Shown: piece by piece, positions 34,024 through 40,581 of the stretch
How the letters are laid out: the number at the start of each line of letters is the position of its first letter
Numbering within the stretch: position 1 is the stretch's first letter
DNA from: a virus
Lineage: Duplodnaviria; Caudoviricetes
Length of the DNA: 40,581 bases
Strand: one strand, 5' to 3'
Virus record (IMG/VR): IMGVR_UViG_3300005611_000070
Location: 1-40,581 of that record
The notes under the pieces: model-generated
What the model was told of the DNA's origin: nothing
Databases searched by the model: none
What the model saw: only the letters and a program-made list of their open reading frames with translations
Program-made: the position numbers and the translations under genes

Positions 34024-34097
34024 TTTATTCTTCCTTGCCTTTCGGCTATCAATTTATTATGTACACAGTATAACCCCAAATTGGAATACTTTGCAAG
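34021..34097 (-). promoter_or_regulatory. sigma70-type promoter plus conserved leader (copy 3)
   Basis: Minus strand TTGCAA (34096-34091), spacer containing TATTCCAATTTGGGG, TATACT (34072-34067), ATAATAAATTGATA, GCC-GAAA-GGC hairpin, AAGGAAGAATAAAATG; near-identical to 22701-22776. Confidence 0.8.
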
Positions 34098-34169
34098 AAT
34101 TATTTTAATTATTTTTAATATACCTATATATTGTGCTAATCTATCGTATAAGATACTATATAAAGTAAT

Positions 34170-35105
34170 ATGCCTATACCCAAACCAAATACGAATGAGT
34201 CTAGGCAGGATTTTATAACTAGATGTATGGGAGACGACACTATGGCGAGTGAATATACAGATTCCGACCAACGATTAGCTGTCTGTACCAGTGAGTACGA
34301 TTCTAATAAAGAAGATTCTACACAGAATGATGAAAAGCATATAAGAGCAGTAGAAGAAACAGATGACTCTTACATTATAGAGTTTGGAAAAAGCAAACCT
34401 GATTCTGAAGAAACTGTTGATGAAATGGCTTCTAAAGAAGAAGCAGAAAAAGAATCTTTAGAAATCAAATCAAGCATTAAAGCCTATCACGATGATGAAG
34501 AAGACAAAGACTATGGAACTTTTGAAGGTTATGGTTCTGTCTTTGGAAACAAAGATTTAGGTAATGATGTTATTGAAAGAGGTGCTTTTTTAAAATCTCT
34601 CAAACGAAGAAAACCACAAAATGTAAAACTCCTATATCAGCACAAGTCTGATATGCCTATTGGTGTCTTTGATGAAATAAAAGAAGATGACCATGGTTTA
34701 GTTGTTAAGGGTAGATTAGCTCTTAAAACACAAGCAGGAGCAGAAGCATACGAATTATTAAAAATGGGTGCATTAGATGGTCTATCAATAGGCTTTAGAG
34801 TAAACCCAAAAGAAGTTTCATATGATAAGCGTGGTAACAGACGTATTATCAAAGAAGTAGATTTGATGGAAGTATCGTTAGTAACCTTTCCCATGAACCC
34901 TCAGGCAACTGTTCGTTCAGTGAAAGGTGAAGAAATTTCTATTAGAGAGTGGGAAAATGGAATGCGTGATGCCTTCAGTCTTTCTCGTTCAGAAGCAAAG
35001 ATGGCTGCAAAAGCGGTCACTGATGCATTCGGTCAACGCGAGGTTGATACAAATGCTGAATTGGTAGATGCCATAAAAAACTTAACTTTAACCTTAAAAT
35101 CTTAA
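34170..35105 (+). CDS. HK97-family prohead protease with N-terminal extension
   Basis: FEGYGSVFGNKDLGNDVI...LLYQH...PIG...GLSIGF...LMEVSLVTFPMNPQA. Confidence 0.92.
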   Translation: MPIPKPNTNESRQDFITRCMGDDTMASEYTDSDQRLAVCTSEYDSNKEDSTQNDEKHIRAVEETDDSYIIEFGKSKPDSEETVDEMASKEEAEKESLEIKSSIKAYHDDEEDKDYGTFEGYGSVFGNKDLGNDVIERGAFLKSLKRRKPQNVKLLYQHKSDMPIGVFDEIKEDDHGLVVKGRLALKTQAGAEAYELLKMGALDGLSIGFRVNPKEVSYDKRGNRRIIKEVDLMEVSLVTFPMNPQATVRSVKGEEISIREWENGMRDAFSLSRSEAKMAAKAVTDAFGQREVDTNAELVDAIKNLTLTLKS

Positions 35106-35117
35106 TAGGAGACAATT

Positions 35118-36332
35118 ATGTCGGAAGATATAAAAAATGCTATTCAAGAAATGGGCAAAACTTTTGAAGAATTTAAAAAAGTTAATGACCAAAGAATTGA
35201 AAGCATAGAAAAAGGCGAAGGTACAGCATATGTAGATGAGAAATTAGCTAAATTAGAAGCTAAGATGGATTCTTATGAAGACATTAATCAAAAATTAACA
35301 ACTGCTGAAGCTAACGCTGAAAATATCAAAAGCCAAATTGAAAAACTAGAGACAGTCATAAGAAGACCAAACTCAGGTTTTGATACTAAGCAAGTAGATG
35401 AGTATATGAATGCGTTTGATACATATTGTAGAAAAGGCATTGAAGGTCTTGCAGCTGATGAAAGAAAAGCATTAACTGTAAGTAATGATTCAACTGGTGG
35501 TTATTTAGCACCACCTGAGTATGTAAGAGAGCTGATTAAAGATGTTACTGAAATATCTCCAATCAGAAGTATTGCAAGAATCAGAAGTACAGGTGCTAGA
35601 AGTATTCAAGTTCCAAAAAGAACTGGTACTTTTGCTGCACAATGGGTATCAGAAAGCGGAACTAGAAGTGAAACAACTGGATACAACGTAGGTCTAGAAG
35701 AATTACCTGCACATGAGCAATATGCTCTAGTAGATATTTCTGAGCAAGACTTAGAAGATTCAGTATTTGACTTAGAAGCTGAAATGCAATCAGAGTTTGC
35801 AGAGCAATTTGCAAAAGCTGAAGGTGCTGCTTTTGTAAGTGGTAACGCAGTTGGTAAACCTGAAGGATTTATGACTAACTCATCAGTTAGTTCAATTGAC
35901 TCAGGTTCTAACACAGCTATTACTGCTGATAACCTCATCACTTTAATGCACAACATTAAGTCAGAGTATGGTAGAAATGGTACTTTTGTATTTAACAGAA
36001 GCACACTTTCTGCAATCAGAAAATTAAAAGATACTGCAGGTCAGTATGTATTCCAAGCAGGTATGACATTACAAGGTGGTATGGTAAATACTATTCTTGG
36101 TCAACCATATGTGGAAGCTACAGACATGGCTTCTATCGCACAAAATGCTTTCCCAGTTGCTTTTGGTGACTTCAGAAGAGCATATATGATTGTTGATAGA
36201 GTATCTTTAGCGGTTTTAAGAGACCCATTTACACAAGCTACTACTGGTAACGTAAGATACATTGCTAGAAGAAGGGTTGGTGGTCAAGTGATTCTTCCTG
36301 AAGCCATATCTAAACTAAAAGTAACAGCGTAA
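35118..36332 (+). CDS. HK97-fold major capsid protein
   Basis: Coiled-coil delta domain; GGYLAPPEY, EGAAFVSGN..GKPEG, LKDTAGQY, FGDFRRAY, RRVGG. Confidence 0.95.
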   Translation: MSEDIKNAIQEMGKTFEEFKKVNDQRIESIEKGEGTAYVDEKLAKLEAKMDSYEDINQKLTTAEANAENIKSQIEKLETVIRRPNSGFDTKQVDEYMNAFDTYCRKGIEGLAADERKALTVSNDSTGGYLAPPEYVRELIKDVTEISPIRSIARIRSTGARSIQVPKRTGTFAAQWVSESGTRSETTGYNVGLEELPAHEQYALVDISEQDLEDSVFDLEAEMQSEFAEQFAKAEGAAFVSGNAVGKPEGFMTNSSVSSIDSGSNTAITADNLITLMHNIKSEYGRNGTFVFNRSTLSAIRKLKDTAGQYVFQAGMTLQGGMVNTILGQPYVEATDMASIAQNAFPVAFGDFRRAYMIVDRVSLAVLRDPFTQATTGNVRYIARRRVGGQVILPEAISKLKVTA

Positions 36333-36346
36333 GCAAGGAGTAACTA

Positions 36347-36808
36347 ATGCAAGATTTATCAAATAATATTGAACTAGGTAACTCAATAATCAACGCTGTA
36401 AAGACTGCTGCTGAAAATGGAAGCGGTATTGATTTACAGGGTTTTGAAGAAGCAACTGCTGTAGTAAGCGTAGGAGCAGAAGGTGATACACTTTCAGGTT
36501 CTGTTTACTTTGAAGTATCACTAGAGCATTCAGATGACGATTCTACTTATACAGATTGTGTACAAGCAGATATCGTTAATGGAACTATTGCTGCAGGTGG
36601 TATTTGGCTTAAACTTGATGGTACTACAGGGGGTGACCCTGACACCACAGGTGGTCAATGGCAAGTTGGTTATGTAGGCGGTAAGAGATATGTAAGACTG
36701 GTTCTAGCTAAAACAGGAACTCATTCAACTGGTACACCTATCAGTGGAATGATTGTGAAAAGCAGACCTAGACATGGTGCAGTCTCAAACGTTATTCATA
36801 ACGCTTAA
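36347..36808 (+). CDS. putative capsid decoration / structural protein
   Basis: GSGIDLQGFE...LEHSDD...VGYVGGKRYVRL; follows MCP with AAGGAG RBS. Confidence 0.6.
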   Translation: MQDLSNNIELGNSIINAVKTAAENGSGIDLQGFEEATAVVSVGAEGDTLSGSVYFEVSLEHSDDDSTYTDCVQADIVNGTIAAGGIWLKLDGTTGGDPDTTGGQWQVGYVGGKRYVRLVLAKTGTHSTGTPISGMIVKSRPRHGAVSNVIHNA

Positions 36809-36821
36809 TTGAGCAATCTTT

Positions 36822-36847
36822 GGGGGGATTAAGTTCCCCCCTTTTTT
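36822..36847 (+). terminator. rho-independent terminator after the capsid genes
   Basis: GGGGGGA-TTAAGT-TCCCCCC then TTTTTT. Confidence 0.85.
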
Positions 36848-36860
36848 AAGGGTAAGAATT

Positions 36861-37205
36861 ATGACAAGAAAATATAAAATATTAGTTCCAAAACCTGCTA
36901 TAGCAGACGAAAACTCAGCAGATATGGTTTTACACAAAGCAGATGACATTGTTGTTTCAAAAGGAAAATGGCAAGAAGAAATCATGGACACATTCGTAGA
37001 AAATGGATGGGCTATTGAAGTTAAAGTTGATTCAGTAGAAGAATCAATAGAAGTTGAAGCTGAAGTTAAGCCAAAAAGAGCAAGAAATAAAAAAGGTCAA
37101 TTAAAAGCTGATGACCCATCTACTCCTGATGTAAATGAAGCATGGGAAGGTGGAGAAGCACCTAAAAAGACAACTAAAAAGAAAACTACTAAAAAGAAGG
37201 CTTAA
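36861..37205 (+). CDS. hypothetical protein with basic tail
   Basis: KRARNKKGQLKADDPSTPDVNEAW motif and Lys-rich end. Confidence 0.6.
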   Translation: MTRKYKILVPKPAIADENSADMVLHKADDIVVSKGKWQEEIMDTFVENGWAIEVKVDSVEESIEVEAEVKPKRARNKKGQLKADDPSTPDVNEAWEGGEAPKKTTKKKTTKKKA

Positions 37206-37946
37206 ATGTCTATAAATTCCTTTTTAGGTCTACAAGTTAGACAAGGAAGGTGGGATAAAACCAAAGGTATCTATAAATTTGGTTTCCACCCTTCTGTTGG
37301 TACTTCAGAAGTAACTATTTCAGATAATGGTAGTGATTATGACGCTTTAACAGAAGCCAGTGTAATCAAAGTTTCCTCAAGTAATACAAACGATACAAGT
37401 GATGGTACAGGTGCAAGGACAGTGCGTCTCAGTGGCTTAGATGGGGATTATAACGAGGTTGAAGAGACTGTTACCTTAAATGGACAAACAGCAGTTAATA
37501 CAACTAATTCATATTTAAGAATATTTAGAGCAAAGGTATTAACAGCAGGTACTGGTGAAAAAAATGCAGGTGATATTCACATGGGTACTGGTGCTGTTTC
37601 TAGTGGCGTACCTGCAACATCAATAGCAAAAATAACAACAGGTGAAAACCAAACACTTATGTCAGTATGGACTGTTCCTGCAGGTTATACAGGTTATTTA
37701 TATCAAGTAGACTTTTCATCAAACGTACAAGGTAATGTTTATTTGACAGCTAGAGTGAAAGTTAGAGAATTTGGTAGTGTTTATCAAACAAAAGAAAAAG
37801 GTACATTTACTAGTGCTGCTTTAAAGTTTGACTTAGAGTTGCCAACAACAGTCACAGAAAAATCAGACATAAAATTAACTTGTGAAGCTAGTGCTAATAC
37901 ACATGGTGTTTCAGGTTCATTTATTATGTTGTACATAAAGAATTAA
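37206..37946 (+). CDS. putative virion structural protein
   Basis: Thr/Gly/Ser-rich: SSSNTNDT.DGTGARTV...GLD...ETVTLNG...WTVPAGYTGYL. Confidence 0.55.
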   Translation: MSINSFLGLQVRQGRWDKTKGIYKFGFHPSVGTSEVTISDNGSDYDALTEASVIKVSSSNTNDTSDGTGARTVRLSGLDGDYNEVEETVTLNGQTAVNTTNSYLRIFRAKVLTAGTGEKNAGDIHMGTGAVSSGVPATSIAKITTGENQTLMSVWTVPAGYTGYLYQVDFSSNVQGNVYLTARVKVREFGSVYQTKEKGTFTSAALKFDLELPTTVTEKSDIKLTCEASANTHGVSGSFIMLYIKN

Positions 37947-38018
37947 TGACTTAGAATAGATTTATGCTAGAGAGCAATAGTTCTATGGTAGTTACCAAGA
38001 AATTTATAGGAAATTTTT

Positions 38019-38369
38019 ATGAGTGCAGGATACCATCATTTTATAATAGAACAAGGTGCTACATTTGGGCAGACACTCACGCTTAAAGATTCAACAGGTG
38101 CAACTGTTAATCTAATAGGATTTACAGGTGCTATGTCACTAAAACAAAATCCAACAGCTACAGACACAGTAATATCCTTAACCACATCAAATGGTCGTAT
38201 GAGCATTAATGGTGAAGCAGGTACAGTAACATTAAGTATATCAGCTACAGATACAGCTGATTTAACTCCTGATGATGGTGTTTTTGATTTAGAAATCACA
38301 AGTGGTGGGCTTGTGGTGACAAGATTGATTGAGGGAACTTATAGTATCAGAAGGAACATAACAACATGA
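38019..38369 (+). CDS. fibre-associated adaptor-like protein
   Basis: IIEQGATF...VNLIGFTG...GVFDLEI...TRLIEG; precedes the fibre gene. Confidence 0.55.
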   Translation: MSAGYHHFIIEQGATFGQTLTLKDSTGATVNLIGFTGAMSLKQNPTATDTVISLTTSNGRMSINGEAGTVTLSISATDTADLTPDDGVFDLEITSGGLVVTRLIEGTYSIRRNITT

Positions 38370-40581
38370 GTACAGTAAATCAAATAGAAATAACAAGTAC
38401 AAGTGGTATAACAGTAACTACTGTTGGTACACAAGGTCTTGCTGGACCAAGTGCAATTATGCAACGTGGTGTTGATTCCACAACCATTGGTTTAAGTGGT
38501 AATGGTTCATTCTTAGTATATGACCACTCTAATACTCAATGGACATCATCAACTTCTGCTTCTGTAGCAAATCTAACAGTTGAAATTCAAAAGTTAAGAA
38601 TTGGTGGTACAGGTGCTACAGTAGTCAGTATCTTAGATGAAGATAATATGTCTAGTGACAGTGCAACTGCATTAGCTACCCAACAAAGTATAAAAAGTTA
38701 CGTAGATGCACAGGTAACTTTACAAGATTTAGATATAACAGATGGTTCTACAACTATCGCTATTGATTTAGATAGCGAAACACTTGGTTTGCTAGGTGGT
38801 GTTGGTATTGATTCTACTGCTAGTGGTAATAATGTTACATTTAGTATTGATTCCACTGTAACAACACTTGCAGGTACACAAACCCTCACAAATAAAACAC
38901 TGACATCACCTACTTTAACGTCACCAGTATTAAATGGAACATTATCAGGTTCAGCTTTCTTAGATGAAGACGATTTCTCATCTGATAGTGCAACTGCTGT
39001 AGCATCACAACAATCTATTAAAGCATTTGTAGAAGCTGCTATAACTGCTGAAGATTTAGACATTACAGATGGTTCTAATAATGGTTCTATAGATTTAGAT
39101 TCAGAAGTCTTAGGCATCTTAGGTGGCACAGGTTTAACTAGTAGCCTAAGTGGTAATAACATAACACTTGCTATAGATAATAGCGTAGTAACGCTTACAG
39201 GCTCACAGACACTAACAAATAAGACACTTACTACACCAGTAATTGCACAGATAAGTAATAGTGGCACATTAACATTACCAACATCATCAGACACCCTTGT
39301 TGGTCGTGCAACCACTGATACTTTAACTAATAAAACCTTAACATCTCCAAAAATTAATGGTTCTACTGTAATTACAACAACAGGTACAGAGATTAATGTT
39401 TTAGATGGAGATACAAGTGCAAGTTCTGTTGTAATTGTTGATGCAGACCAATTCATAGTAAATGACAACGGAACTATGAAACAGATAGCTGTAACAAGGC
39501 TTGATACTTATATATCAGGAACAACAGCTACACTTACGAATAAAACCCTTACAAGTCCAGTTTTAAACAGTCCAGTATTAAATACAGCTTTATCAGGTAG
39601 TGCATTCTTAGATGAAGATGATATGTCATCTAATTCAGCTACTAAGGTTGCTTCACAACAATCAATCAAGGCTTATGTTGATTCACAGGTCACAGCTCAA
39701 GATTTAGATGTATCAGATGGCTCTACAGACATATCAATAGACTTAGATAGTGAGACTTTATCTTTATTAGGTGGAACAGGTATAGATTCCACAGCATCAG
39801 GCAATGGGGTTACTTTTGCCATTGATTCTACAGTAGCTACCTTAACTGGTTCACAAACTTTAACAAACAAAACAATTGATGTAGATAACAACACAGTTTC
39901 TAACATAGAAGTTGATAATCTTAAATCAGGTGTATTAGACACCGATTTATCAAGTGTTGCTGCTACGGATACAACGATTGCATCAGCAAAAGCAATTAAA
40001 ACTTATGTTGATAGCCAAGTTACAGCACAAGACCTAGATATTAGTGATGGTTCATCAACTATAGCTATTGACCTTGATTCTGAAACATTATCCTTACTTG
40101 GTGGTACTGGTGTAACAAGTACAGCTTCAGGTAATGGTGTAACCCTTGCTATAGGGCAAAGTGTAGGTACAGGAGATAACGTTGTCTTTAATCAGGTAAC
40201 AAGTGCTTTAGTAGGTAACGCAAGTACAGCAACAGCATTAGAGACAGCAAGAGCCATAGCACTATCAGGTGATGTGGTTGGTACTGCAAACTTTGATGGC
40301 ACAGCAGGAATATCAATATCTACAACCATACAGGCTAATAGTGTTGCTCTAGGTACAGATACAACAGGCAACTATGTTGCAACAGTAACTGGAACTGCTA
40401 ATAAAATCACTGTTACAGGTAGTGGAAGTGAGTCTGCAGATGTAACACTAACACTACCTGATGACGTGCAAATTGCAGATAGCTTAACAGTAGCAGGTAA
40501 TTTAACTGTTAATGGAACTCTTACATCTCTTGATACTACTAACCTAGATATAGAAGATAACTTATTCCAGCTTAATGCAGG
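38366..40581 (+). CDS. 3'-truncated long repeat-containing fibre protein
   Basis: ATG 38366 overlaps the previous stop; the frame appears open to the window end (MSTVNQIEIT...NLDIEDNLFQLNA); repeated LDEDxMSSxSATxxAxQQSIKAYVD and TQTLTNKTLTSP motifs. Confidence 0.8.
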   Translation, partial: MSTVNQIEITSTSGITVTTVGTQGLAGPSAIMQRGVDSTTIGLSGNGSFLVYDHSNTQWTSSTSASVANLTVEIQKLRIGGTGATVVSILDEDNMSSDSATALATQQSIKSYVDAQVTLQDLDITDGSTTIAIDLDSETLGLLGGVGIDSTASGNNVTFSIDSTVTTLAGTQTLTNKTLTSPTLTSPVLNGTLSGSAFLDEDDFSSDSATAVASQQSIKAFVEAAITAEDLDITDGSNNGSIDLDSEVLGILGGTGLTSSLSGNNITLAIDNSVVTLTGSQTLTNKTLTTPVIAQISNSGTLTLPTSSDTLVGRATTDTLTNKTLTSPKINGSTVITTTGTEINVLDGDTSASSVVIVDADQFIVNDNGTMKQIAVTRLDTYISGTTATLTNKTLTSPVLNSPVLNTALSGSAFLDEDDMSSNSATKVASQQSIKAYVDSQVTAQDLDVSDGSTDISIDLDSETLSLLGGTGIDSTASGNGVTFAIDSTVATLTGSQTLTNKTIDVDNNTVSNIEVDNLKSGVLDTDLSSVAATDTTIASAKAIKTYVDSQVTAQDLDISDGSSTIAIDLDSETLSLLGGTGVTSTASGNGVTLAIGQSVGTGDNVVFNQVTSALVGNASTATALETARAIALSGDVVGTANFDGTAGISISTTIQANSVALGTDTTGNYVATVTGTANKITVTGSGSESADVTLTLPDDVQIADSLTVAGNLTVNGTLTSLDTTNLDIEDNLFQLNA
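38633..40150 (+). repeat. four imperfect intragenic repeats of about 90-100 aa
   Basis: Units begin near 38633, 38959, 39607 and 39935, each reading ...IK(S/A/T)(Y/F)V(D/E)..(V/I)T..DLD(I/V).DGS....IDLDSE.L..LGG.G. Confidence 0.8.

Noticed and set aside
34020-34271. 83 aa minus-strand ORF
   Set aside because: It runs across the promoter cassette and overlaps the protease start; probably spurious.
38698-39942. Minus-strand ORFs of 256 aa and 81 aa
   Set aside because: Shadows of the plus-strand fibre gene, which the track missed because it lacks a stop in the window.
38633-40150. Repeats considered as a CRISPR array or DGR template/variable repeats
   Set aside because: They are long, in-frame, degenerate protein repeats; no constant repeat-spacer pattern and no reverse transcriptase gene is visible.
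1-40581. tRNA/rRNA genes, integrase, DNA polymerase
   Set aside because: None recognised; intergenic gaps are short and explained by promoters and terminators. Lifestyle and host cannot be determined from this window.

Overview
AT-rich window that looks like nearly the whole genome of a tailed dsDNA phage with a non-contractile tail and HK97-type head, probably marine and infecting a Gram-negative host (spanins, lipoprotein signals, CsgG). It appears circularly permuted. It opens just before the neck and tail genes (0.7-12.8 kb). Next comes an accessory envelope module at 12.9-18.7 kb: small membrane protein, CsgF, CsgG, a curlin-like repeat protein, a FecR-domain protein and a CHASE2 class III adenylate cyclase. 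The lysis cassette follows (spanins, putative holin, SNase, GH24 lysozyme). Then a minus-strand early/replication block (DUF968-like nuclease, GNAT, SSB-like, ERF, PD-(D/E)XK nuclease, ART-like protein, Cro-like HTH on the + strand, replication initiator), a ParB-methylase, terminases, portal, MuF, protease and capsid, and finally a truncated repeat-rich fibre gene. No integrase, DNA polymerase, tRNA or CRISPR was seen. The main highlights are (1) the apparently complete curli-secretion plus FecR plus cAMP-signalling system beside the lysis genes, and (2) a dispersed family of promoter/leader cassettes with a shared palindromic operator and a covarying hairpin. All calls come from motif recognition by eye; no database searches were run.
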